64,000 nt of DNA from Utricularia gibba. Lineage: Eukaryota > Plantae > Magnoliophyta. The stretch spans positions 434,001-498,000 of the forward strand of contig CM007991.1 in NCBI GenBank assembly GCA_002189035.1, written 5' to 3'. Shown piece by piece: positions 46,425 to 61,283 of this stretch. Position 1 is the first letter of the stretch, and the number at the start of each line of letters is the position of its first letter. A program made the position numbers and the translations under genes. The notes beneath the pieces are model-generated. The model was not told where the DNA came from and ran no database searches. It worked only from the letters and a program-made list of their open reading frames with translations.

Positions 46425-46459
46425 TTTGAAATTCGAAACTCTATTTCAAGTTTCAACGG
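46425..46459 (+). promoter_or_regulatory. CHR-like TTTGAA and MSA core AACGG upstream of CDKB1
   Basis: TTTGAAATTCGAAA at 46425 and TCAACGG with the core at 46455-46459, within about 100 bp of the ATG. Confidence 0.45.
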
Positions 46460-46525
46460 GCCGAAAACAGTCTCAATTCTATCGGAAACACAGACAGCGA
46501 TCAAGTTCGCCGGCGGCGCAGAACG

Positions 46526-48068
46526 ATGGAGAAGTACGACAAGCTTGAGAAAGTAGGAGAAGGAACATACGGGAAGGTGTACAAAGCCATGGAGAAAGGC
46601 ACGGGACTCGTCGTCGCTCTCAAGAAGACGCGTCTAGAAATGGACGAAGAAGGAGTTCCCCCGACGGCGCTCCGCGAGATCTCTCTTCTTCAGATGCTAT
46701 CGCAATCGCTCTACGTAGTCCGATTGCTCTGCGTCGAGCACGTCGAGAACAAGAGCGGCAAGCCCATACTCTACCTCGTTTTCGAATACCTCGATACGGA
46801 TCTCAAGAAGTTCATCGATTCTCATCGGAAAGGCCCCAACCCGCGGCCAATGCCGCCGCAGGTTATCCAGAGCTTTCTCTACCAGTTATTGAAAGGAGTT
46901 GCGCATTGCCACAGCCACGGCGTTCTCCATCGGGATCTGAAGCCGCAGAACCTGCTTCTTGATAAGGAGAAAGGCATCCTGAAGATCGCGGATCTCGGCC
47001 TCGGTAGGGCTTTTACGGTTCCATTGAAGAGCTACACTCATGAGGTCTCCTAATTTTCCTTTTCGATTTCCCTTTCTTCACAACAAGCGTTTGTGAGAGT
47101 TGTGATCTGATGTTTCGATTTGCACAGATTGTTACTCTATGGTATAGAGCTCCTGAGGTTCTCCTAGGAACTACACATTACTCAACTGCCGTTGATATGT
47201 GGTCTGTTGGCTGTATTTTCGGTCTGGAACTGCGAATCTCTTCCCCTTGGTTTTCCAAATTTGCTTATCGAAACAGGTTTCCAGTTAAACCTCACTGGTT
47301 TTTTATTGTTTTGTACATCATGTAGCTGAGATGGTCAGAAGACAGCCTCTGTTTCCTGGAGATTCTGAATTCCAGCAGCTTCTACACATATTCAGGTACT
47401 TTGTTGCTGGCTGCACTCAGTTGTATAACTTGTTTTTCCTTCCTTGCATGGTTACGTGCTGGTCTCTGATACATACAAGTTACTTGTTGTCATTGGATTC
47501 CATGCCGACTAGAATTTAGGATAGCAGTCGTGTGCGTGCTTCATCATTGCAGCCAAAATGTGCCTTCGGCTGTTATGATAACAGGTTTTTAGCAATTCCA
47601 GAAGCAAAAACTAGATCCCTTTAGGTGTATAGCGGGGGAAACCAAACGCAGTTTCTTGTTCGAGGAGTCAGCTTGTGCATTTTCGTTGTAAGAAAGAAAG
47701 TGTCGAAAATCAGAACGAGTTCTCTTCTTTTTGAACAATTATGATTATGCGTAGGTTGCTCGGGACTCCGACGGAGAAGGAATGGCCGGGAGTGACTTCT
47801 TTAAGAGACTGGCATGTCTACCCACACTGGGAGCCTCAAGGCCTTCCCCGAGCCGTTCAGTCCTTGGCACCGGACGGCGTCGACCTTCTGTCGGTGAGTG
47901 AAGGATCCCTTGCACTTTTCTTCAAAGACCGCTCACCAAATTTGCTTGTTTTTCACATTCACCTCCTCCGTGCAGAAGATGCTGATGTATGATCCTGCAG
48001 AAAGGATCTCTGCTAAGGCAGCTCTGGATCACCCCTACTTCGACACCTTGGATAAATCTCAGTTCTAA
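46526..48068 (+). CDS. CDKB1: Cyclin-dependent kinase B1 (plant G2/M CDK), 5 exons
   Basis: [18 protein letters not shown] cyclin-binding motif diagnostic of CDKB1, [22 protein letters not shown]|[10 protein letters not shown], ...[12 protein letters not shown] (stop 48068). Confidence 0.97.
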
Positions 48069-48426
48069 ACCAGCGTTCTTGCGTCATCGTCTTGGTGATT
48101 TACCCCTTTTGCTTGCGTGATTCCATGATGTGATTGCTCTAGTGATTGAATGCAATGGACAAAATTTATCCATCCCTATGTATTTGAGTTCAGGCATATA
48201 AATAGAAAGAATGCGGACAATTATACACAGTGCTCGGCTTTGTCTTCTCCATCCTGCCAAGAAAATGGGCTCACTGACTCCAACCGTCTCCCGTGTGCAC
48301 GCACAGGGGGGAGCGAGAGAGACTCCTTCAATCAAAAGCAGCATTAGTCTGATGTAGCGTTGGGCAATCCCACCTTTACTCCACACAGCATGTACACAAG
48401 AAAGGGGCGTTATGGTCCTCCAGAGG

Positions 48427-51400
48427 TCACTGATTCACGTTACAGTCGTTCAAAAACTGACTTTCTGGATTCAGGAACTTTCTCCAGAATGGTTTGTAGT
48501 TGGTGATGCCAAGTTCAAGCCATGGTTTCATACTGCCGTCGAAATGCAGCACCGCTGCAGTTTGCAGGGCTTCGGAGTCGACTCCGTAATTGTGGCCTAG
48601 ACCTGATAACATCCATCTGGAGTCCAAGGGGTAAACTAGACCCTGGAAACTGAGCAAACTGGCACCCAGCTTCGACGTTTCAGATAATGCGCCACCGTCT
48701 TTGTTTTTCATCTGCACAAAAATCATACAAACCGAGCAAACTGATGAGGCTTAAAAATCAAACAGAAGACAACACAGAAATTTCTGGTCATAATTTAGGA
48801 TTGGAGCAGTCATGAACACTACCAAAGAAAACTGCACCCAATCTGCCTTCTGCAGTGTAAAATCTCATCACTTTCTTTAATTTCACGAAGATCAAGCAAG
48901 TCATTCCATTTCGTCTCAGATGACAGGCCAATGTAATAAACCAAGCATGAAGCCTACTAATGTTCGCATCAATATTTCTGGTGAATATAAAGGATTCATA
49001 CTCACCTCATTTGCCAATCTCTGATATGTTTCGGACACATTATGTGCCCTCCAGCGGGACAAATCAACAACATTCACGCCTGATGTCCAAGCACAGGAAT
49101 TACCATCAAAATTGCCACTGGGCAGGTATCCTCGAAGGTGAGATAACCTTATTGAGCAATACTGCACAGCGGCCATGACCTTTCCAGCCATGTCTATGTT
49201 CCAAAGGTCAGATAAGTCTCTCTGGATCACAATGTCATCATCCAATACAACGACCTTTTCAAAGGACTGGAAAACCGTTGGAAGGAGGTAGTAGGAATGT
49301 GAAAACATTGATAGATAATGTGCCCTGACTTGCAGATTGGAAAGCTTATCGATCCCATAAAATGAAATATGAAATTCATCCGGCAATGAGAGGTGTGACA
49401 GCTCCCCATCATTATAACCAGATATTGTAGCATCATCAATATTCAGCACCTGTACGACAGCTTCCCCATATCTGTTCTTGAAGAACCAGAATTTCATGGC
49501 AAAATAATTTGCCTGATCCGTTAAAATATGGAAAACCAGTTTCCGACTTTCCTGCTCCACAGCAAGGATTTATTACTTAAAGAAAAGAAATGAAGATTAA
49601 AAGAAGATGGCGAGGAGGGCATACTCTTGCGTGTAGAACAGTTGAGTTGATTACTACTGATGACGCAAGTACGTTCCTGGAAAATATAATGTAGTGGTAC
49701 ACGTCCAGGCTTGAAAATTTCTGAACTTGCTCATCGATAATGGAGGCAGATCGAAAATACTCAACAGTGAGTCTCATGGATAAACAATGCAGGCTCTTTG
49801 GCATGGTTTGAACTGCAAGTTTGTAGAGGAAGGCGCTCTGCTTCATGTGAAAATTTGCTTCATCCTCTGTGAGATCAACCAGCTGTCTAAACTTCTTCTC
49901 AACATTGTTGCAGTCCACAGGACATGATTTGGCTTTTGATATTGTATCCTCCATCATTAACAGCTTTGGATCATTACTGATTGATCAAAGGAAACCACAC
50001 TTCATTAATATTTAAAAGTAGCACAAAGTTCCAATATATGCATATGCAAAAATTACGAAGTACATGACTCAACAATCTTTGCTTAAGAATATTCTAATGT
50101 TACAGCACAAAACACCACCTCGTCCACCAATAAATAAATGCCAGGAAAAAATGAGGAAAATTAGAGAGAACACACACAAAAAAAAAGAGACAAAATTAAC
50201 CAACATAAAATTTCAATGACGCTTTCTCAAGTAGCTGAAACTAGAAGCATGAAAGAGTTGATCCAACTGAGCCTTCACAGATTAACTTAGTTGGCGCAGG
50301 AGTAATTGTTAAGCATGCCTTATCATGTGCAAAATTTACTAAAAATTGATAGATGCATATCTGAAGAAATCATCACACAAAGGCATCAGGAAAATGGTGG
50401 CAAAAAGAGTAAGCAACGGGCACTGCAAAAAGTTAACCCACATACTTTGGTGGGAGATCCTTGTCAGTTGAAGCTTCACTAAGAATACGTTCAAATTCCT
50501 GAATGTTCTGCTTCATTTCTTGTGACAATTTGTCAAATTTTGGAAGTTTTGCAATACTTGGATAATACGCACGAGCAACAAAAAGTAAATCTTTCATTTT
50601 TTTCACCAAGGTATCATCCATTTCTTCCTGCTGTTCCCGACGCCATAAGCAGTATGTCCCAAATTTTATTTCACAAATCACTTCACTCTCATCGGCTATC
50701 ACCATTTTCTTATCACCCATGTCCTGTCCATGATGTGTGTTGTTCTGCAACACACACGACAGCCTATCATCAATGAAAATGACATGGAGAAAAATGTATT
50801 TACGAGTATGGAAAGGCAGCAGTTTTACTTGTTCCGGGAGTGATGTTGCTGTTGGAAAACCTGTGGAGTTTGTAGCAGAAAAAATTAGGAGACAGAAAGA
50901 GAAGAGAGAAATATATTTGTGCGAAATCGATAAGCTAACACTAAACAGTTTTTGACACCTCACTGCAAAAAGAACAAGCATACCAATAGTGTCGTTCAAG
51001 ATCTCCTTGTCAGCATCACTACCAAAACGCTGCCAAAAAGGAGAATAAAATATAAAAATACTGAAACTGGGTACAAGAAGACAGCTTGCAAAAACAATTA
51101 AACCTAGACTCTTACAGACGCTGGAAGCATTATCACGGATACTTTCTCTAACTTGCATTGGGTGTACATAATAGTTCAGAAGGTAGAAGCCAATATTTTA
51201 ACAAGATAAAACTACTGAAGGAAGAAAAACTGAAGATCAAGACCAAGTACATTTCAGAAGATAGAATTAACCAGTAAGAGCAGAGGTTGTGCTAAATGAC
51301 CCGAAGCAACACATGTACTATAAATTACTATGCAAAACAAAAGCGAAATGAAAGAAAATAACTGTTGCAGCGCGTGGAGAGATTTTTCTTGAAGTGCTGT

Positions 51401-52148
51401 CTTCAAGCTCCGAAACATGAACCTTCAAAGAAGTCCCAAATGAAAGGAAATAAGAAGGAACCCAGCAACAAAAATCATCCGGCAAGAAATGAAAACTGTC
51501 ACATATGCAGGAATCAGTGCAACTCTGGTACGTTGACCGCAAATATTTTGTAAAAATGAAGCATTGCTGAGCACAAATCACACAGCAACAGCGTTATATA
51601 CCTTTGGTTGATTCTCAGTCCCAGCAATGTCATGTTGCAGGGGTACACTTAAATGATTCTGATTCTTTCAAGTAGTATCCATCCAGTTCAATGTGGAAAA
51701 AAGAAGCAGGTATATCAATCTCAGTTTGCTCCCAACAAAAGGAGGAGCTTGCAAAATTATCACAAAACAATCAAAAGTACTTACTGACACAGGGTTCAAT
51801 CCTTCAGCAGCAAAACCTGAAATGCAGTCGAAAAAATCGAAAATCAAACACATAAAGTGGCTGAAATGGAATCAGAAGCTGAACAGATCCGCAGAAAGTG
51901 AAGGATCTAGATGAAGCAACACAAATCAAATCTGACAGCTAAAAACGAGAATGCACAGATCCGACACGACACCAGTCGCGAGTTGACCAAAATCGAGATT
52001 TACCGGTATGGAATCCATTGTGGAAACCAAGCAAGAAGAAGAGAGGCACAAACATCGAGAGGCACACAAGGCTGAGGACCGCCGTAATGAAACATTTCCA
52101 TCTCCTCTTCGCCGGCAATGGCGACACAAATCCACCATTCGCCTTCAT
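48427..52148 (-). CDS. GAUT7: Galacturonosyltransferase GAUT7-like (GT8, homogalacturonan synthesis)
   Basis: KRRWKCFITAVLSLVCLSMFVPLFFLLGFHNGFH, CEIKFGTYCLWR, MKDLLFVARAYYPSIAK, AVQTMPKSLHCLSMRLTVEYF, VVVLDDDIVIQRDL, VLHFDGSMKPWL. A few small N-terminal exons were not fully resolved. Confidence 0.93.
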
Positions 52149-52330
52149 ACTAATACCTCGTCTGCTAGACTCCTCCAATCACCGACCAACGCCGCTACAT
52201 TCCTCAGGTAGATCCAGCCTCCGGTGCCGCCACCGACAACGAACGCCGATCCTGGAGTCACTGTCCTGGATTCCGACGGCGGTTCGTACCCGGCGCGAGC
52301 GAGCGCGTATCCTTATCGACTTCAGTGCCG

Positions 52331-52360
52331 TGCCCCTGCCCCTGCCCCTGCCCTGCCCCC
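52331..52360 (-). repeat. (GGGGCA)n tandem repeat forming a five-tract G-quadruplex motif upstream of GAUT7
   Basis: Minus strand reads GGGGG-CA-GGG-CA-GGGG-CA-GGGG-CA-GGGG. Confidence 0.85.
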
Positions 52361-53865
52361 AATTGGCTCCAACTGTGTGTCCCAAACAACCAAAGCTTGC
52401 AATTACGCGACCCTAAGCTTACCTATGTGAGAATTTGCATTTACGAAGCCTACGTAAATTAGGTGTGGGACCCCCTACACCTTTGAAAATTGATGACATA
52501 TCTTTGTTCATGAGGTGATCGCCACCCATTCACCCGCATTGCTCCCTATCACCTACATTATCTTACTGCTACTTTCATAGCATGATTAACGTTACACACT
52601 ACCATTTAATGTGGATACCATTAATTTACATTAAAATAAAAACTTATTTTAAAAAAATTAAGCATATTTGTAAAAATAAATCAAAAAGATAAGATAGTTT
52701 CATTTAAACAATATCATTATATTTTAAAATATAATAAAAAATTATTACATTCCATTCACTTTGATTCTATTACTACTGTTTTTAAAACTAACATGATTAG
52801 TCTCTAATATTTAATGAAAATGATATGGTTAGTTCCTATTGATATATTTAGTTTTCAAATTTTGATGTATTTAGTGTATTTAATTCGCACATTTTGACGT
52901 ATCGTAATAGTAAAATTAAATTGGGAAAAAATAACTAAATAATGATTATTTTTTTATTCGTTTTCAAATGATGCAGATCAATTATAAATGATTATGAAAT
53001 AATGAGAATTAAAATACTATTTATAGAGATCAATTATATCATTTAGATAAAACATTGGTGATTATTCATATAAATTTCTCATTTTTTAAAACACTGAGTT
53101 AGTCGGTAACCGACAACACATCTGTTGGATTGATCATTTTTTGCCCTATTTTTGTTCAATTGTAGCAATAATTCTTACATACTATATCAGGCTTTTGTCC
53201 ATTGTGCTATAAATTGTTTTAAATGAGACTATGATCGTGACATTAATCCATCATCACATTGATTTTTGCTTGACAATAAATTTAATTATATCATATTAAT
53301 TTTCTTACATCAAATCTTTTGTTGGATCTTGTAGTATTATGCATATTTATTTGTCTTAATTTTCAACTTGCTTTCTGAGATTCATATACTTCATAATAAA
53401 CCAATTTTATTAGAATATTCGAATCAATTAGGAATTAATTTCTTGATTTGAATATTTGGTATTTTTGGTATTGTTGATCAATCATTACTTCTATTTCTTG
53501 ATTTAAATAAGTTTTATTATTAAACTGCTTATTGGAAAATATTAGAATTAATTTATATCTTATTTATTAGAATTTTATGACATATTATTAATATTTTTTT
53601 ATATATTTTTAATTAGAACACAGAATAATTTTTCCTCTTTTATTTATATATTTATTTTTTTGTTACTAATTAAAGTATTGATTATATCATAATTATGTAA
53701 TTAAAACGTGCTGGTGGGAAAATTACTGCACGTGAGCAGTGTATCCGAGGAGTGCCGACAAACAGTGTAGCTCCCAAAAACTACGTACAAAGTTCAAACA
53801 CCTGGAAATTTTATTACATGGCGGCACGCCGACACAGCCACCGGAAAGGGATGCATGCGCTGGTT

Positions 53866-56942
<3,077 letters not shown>

Positions 56943-57832
56943 CAGTTGCCTATAAACAAAAGCTCACCTCAGGTGTGTGTCGCACATGCACGACTCCAAA
57001 TGGACGGGCAAGATTGCAAGAAGTGTCACACAGATCACCAGGCTACACTATGGTTTTATTACCAAAAAACAAACACAAATATATAAACGTTTCTTATTTT
57101 TCACAATCTATTTACACCATACTCAAAAACTCAAAAATTACTTTTTGGTATAAAACATATGATACACATAAATAACATCATAAAAAATTAAAAGGATTAT
57201 AAAATTCGTATCATATGTTATGGGTTATTTTGAATCAACTGAATGTTAAATATTTCAAATAAATCGAATGTTCATCATCAGATTTATTGAGATGTGTTAC
57301 GATATTTAATAGCTTGAGTTGGTATGAATGATCAGTTTATCTATTTAATATTTTAAGTAATTGTATCATATAAATATGATTTAAATTTTGTACTCAAAAC
57401 TACTAGTTTTTTATTATAAAAAATAAAACAATATTATTGATAAAAAAAAAATTATCATGATTCATTGTAGTATGAATGTATGGTATTATTAAAATTAGTG
57501 ACACAAGATATAAATATTTAACAATTCTAAAATGCTTTAGGAGTTAAGGTTATGTCCATTTTAATAAAATTCCCGCATTTTATGTTATTATATAGGCATT
57601 TACAAAAATGACCACAGTAACTTTCTATCTTATTCATTGAGATAAAATTTTATACACACGGCCAATTTTGTAATTTACCAGTATTATATAGTCACATTCT
57701 GTTATGTCAGGCTAATTAATTAATTTTTTGTGAAATCTGAAATATGTTTTTTAAATGGTATTTCCGGATTTAGTTATTTAGTATCTAAAAAAACGTCCAG
57801 CAGTTTCTCTCGTTTTGGGGAAATAGAAAAAC

Positions 57833-59792
57833 ATGGAACCATCGCCCGGAGAAAGCAACGGCGAATCGGCGGCCGTCGTCGATCTCACCGGCTATCAGCT
57901 GCGCGATCTCGGGGAGGTAGAGTTGCCGCCGTCTCTCTCAGAGTTGGACCTCACCGCGAACCGCCTTACTGATCTTGACACTCGTATTTCGGAGCTGTCT
58001 AATCTCCGGAAGCTGTCGCTGCGCCAAAACCTTCTCACAGATGAAGGAGTCTCACCACTTTCCACATGGCATTCAATTTCTTCTCTTCGGGTAATTTTTC
58101 TTTCGCGATCGTCATTCATTCCTTTCATCTTCTGTTTTTCGTTTTTGTTAAAATTTTCCGATCCCGTTCTCTGTGTTTTAAATGTTTTTGTTACGATGGA
58201 AAATGTTATTTTTTTCTCCTTTATTGAGGAAATAATAGAATTCATCTGGATGTTAAGAAAGATGTGCAGCTACTTGGTTACAATTTCCACCTTTAGTTGA
58301 AGATTTGTTGGCGCTTAATCCTTTTATTTGTTGAATGTGTATGCTCGCAAGAGAGGTGGCAGATCATTGCGGGAAAAACTTAGATTTTTTTGCTCTTGTT
58401 CATACAAACAAGAGGCTCGTGTTATCTTTTTCGTGGTTCAGTATTCGCTCTTTTTGATGTGTGCTTGCCTCCTGGGAATGAAAAGAAAAATTGCAAGCTC
58501 CATTATGGACTAAATGTGCAGTGCTTATTGGGGTACAGGAGCTGGTTCTGAGGGATAATCAACTGAAGAAAATTCCAGATGTTAGCATATTCAAAGAGCT
58601 TCTGGTTTTTGATGTTTCATTTAATGAAATTTCTTCCCTCAATGGGTTGTCCATGGTCTCCCGCACACTCAAAGAACTTTATGTATCAAAAAATGAAGTG
58701 AAGAAGATTGAAGAGATTGAGCATTTTGAAGAGCTACAGATTCTTGAGCTTGGATCCAATAAGCTACGGGTTTGTTCCTATGAGATCTTGCGATAAAATG
58801 TTTTAGATGTAGATTTTGAAATTTAATATTTTGGTGGATTAAGTGTGAGCATCGAGATTTCCAAGTTAAAACTATTAATGGCTTTCCAGTTATTGTGTGT
58901 TTCGAAGCTGAATGAGAGTTTAACTAATTGAGCTTCTATTATCAATCAGGTCATGGAGAATCTACAAAATTTAGTGCGCTTGGAAGAGTTATGGCTTGGC
59001 CGTAATCGAATCCATGTGATTAATCTCTGTGGGTTAAAATTTATTAAGAAGCTTAGTCTTCAAAGTAATCGGCTAACTTCTATGACTGGGCTTGAGGTAG
59101 TAGCTGTCTGTGTACACATTTGTATTCTAGGTTCTATATAGGCATTTTACTTCTTCTTTATGCTGAATCAGAGGCTCTGATTTCTGCGATAAACCTTCTA
59201 TAAGTGCAGGAATGCGTAGCACTAGAGGAGTTATACTTGAGCCACAATGGCATTTCTAAAATGGAAGGCTTAGCCACTCTGGCTAACTTGCGGGTCTTGG
59301 ACGTGTCGTCCAATAAGATAGCCAATATAGAAGACATAAAAAGTTTACTTAAGTAAGAGTATTTATTTTGCAGGTCTCGAATTGCTCTCTTGATTAGAGT
59401 TCTGACCCTTAATCATCCATACTGAATCTATGGACAGTTTAGAAGATCTGTGGCTCAATGATAATCAGATATCATCCCTGGATACCATAGCAGAAGATGT
59501 TGCTTCTTCAAGAGAAAAGCTAACTACCATATACCTTGAGCGCAATCCTTGTGTACGTGAGCTACATACTTTCCCTGCATTCTCAGTTCTTTAGTAACTT
59601 CACATGTCCAACTATCCATTTGAAAAAAGGAAGAGCTTTTTTCTGATTTAGCAGTATGTGTGTATGCTCCTGGTTGCTCATATTTTGCGTCTCTTCTTCT
59701 CTGTCTTGCAGGCAACATCTCCGAATTACATCACTACTCTGAGACAAGTTTTCCCTAATCTTCAACAAGTTGATTCTGCAATGTTCGCATAG
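57833..59792 (+). CDS. SDS22: Protein phosphatase 1 regulatory subunit, SDS22/PPP1R7 homologue (LRR), 6 exons, intact
   Basis: SDS22-type LRRs (LDLTANRL, LSLRQNLL, LVLRDNQL, LELGSNKL, LWLGRNRI, LSLQSNRL, LYLSHNGI, LDVSSNKI, LWLNDNQI) and LRR cap IYLERNPC...YITTLRQVFPNLQQVD; stop at 59792. Confidence 0.93.
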
Positions 59793-60719
59793 TTCTCGTT
59801 TCAATGTACTTTCTGGCCCAGTTGAAATTTTTGTCTTCAAAAACAAAGCCCGGAGTTATTGATGCAAGAACTACAATTGGCAATGTACTAAAGGAGTTGC
59901 TCGTATACTTGGGAACCTAAGTTGCTACCCTTATACTCTTACTTCATTCCTCCTTTTCTCTGTTGAAGTAATATGAGGATCAGAACTTCGATCTAGAAAA
60001 GGTTGCAATAGATCACAGGATGCTAAACTGTGCAACACTAAGAAATGTAGGTAATCTGAGATAAACATGATGGAAATAAGTGAAGGCAATGCTATTGCGA
60101 AGCAGGGTCTCTCACAGATCAGGTTCATTTTTGGGATGAGTAGCATTGCAGAGCATATTGCCCACTTGACAGGAAGCTCATTATGAATGTTTCTTTTTTG
60201 GTGCAGGTTTGACTTAGCACTCAGTAGTGCATCCAGATGGGGGAGAGCCTGTTCCCGGTAGGAAACATATGCTTCCCATTTGTGGACGTTGAGATTGATG
60301 GCCACATGTGCCTAATGTTTTCCGCCTATTTCATGCTTTCCCAACACTGCAGTAAAAAAATATGACCGAAAATGCAAACCGTGCAGTAAAACGGAGCCTA
60401 TTTTTACTTTTTACCTGCTTGTGTGGCCGGAGAATCGTAGTATAATATTGGAGATACTTGCCATGTGGCACAAGAGATACTTGCTATGTCTTGTGTTTTT
60501 TTTTTTGCTGTTATTTTTAATCGTGTATCTAATTATTACAAGAGAACAAATCTCCAGGGTGTGCTTCTGTCGGCCGCATGGCGTCGTACTGGCGCGCCGG
60601 ACATGTCCTTCTCCGGCGAGTGCCTCTAAAAGTTCAGTGGTCCTCGTCATAATGCAAGAAACTATGCTCTTGGATGTTTTGTAATAAAATATTGTATATT
60701 TTGGTATGGGATGACACGA

Positions 60720-61283
60720 TTACTGTGGAAAAGCAGCATGGATGAGTTGGGGTGATGTGTTCCATGATGACCCGTCTAAGTCCTGGCCACCGGCGAGATT
60801 CAGAAATCCGACGTCGCAGGAATCTTCGTACGCCGGCGGCGGTGGGAGTTGATCGTACCCAAAAGAACCCTGCAACAAGTCTTCGGCTCCGAGGTTTGGC
60901 AGGTCGACAATCTGCTCCAGGTCCGGGCAGTTTTCAGTGTCAGTTTCCGTTTGGAAGAGCGGGCCTGCGGCGGCGGCCTTGTTGGCGGCCTCCTGGACGT
61001 CGCGTGGGGAGCACGTAGCCGGCCGGGGGAGGAGGTGGAAGATATCAGGGAAGTTGAGGACGGCGGATTTCCCTTTGACGGCTCCGGCGGCGACGTCGTG
61101 TGCTCGCGCCGCCATCTCAGCGGTGGCGAATGTCCCCAGCCAGATCCGCGTTTTCTTCTTCGGTTCCCGGATTTCAGAAACCCATTTCCCCCAAGCTCGC
61201 ATCCTCACGCCTCTGTAGACCGGATGCTTGCTGTTGCCGCGGCCTTTCTTCCCACCAGCCGCCGCCGCCGCCGTCTTTCCCAT
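60720..61283 (-). CDS. AP2/ERF transcription factor, DREB A-4 (TINY-like), intronless
   Basis: ATG 61283; [47 protein letters not shown]...LNFP with V14/E19; [20 protein letters not shown] and IVDLPNL motifs of the A-4 group. Confidence 0.93.
   Translation of the reverse strand: MGKTAAAAAGGKKGRGNSKHPVYRGVRMRAWGKWVSEIREPKKKTRIWLGTFATAEMAARAHDVAAGAVKGKSAVLNFPDIFHLLPRPATCSPRDVQEAANKAAAAGPLFQTETDTENCPDLEQIVDLPNLGAEDLLQGSFGYDQLPPPPAYEDSCDVGFLNLAGGQDLDGSSWNTSPQLIHAAFPQ

Noticed and set aside
53095-53122. Hairpin GTCGG-TAA-CCGAC in an AT-rich spacer as a possible Helitron 3' end
   Set aside because: No CTRR terminus at the expected distance and no 5' TC end identified.
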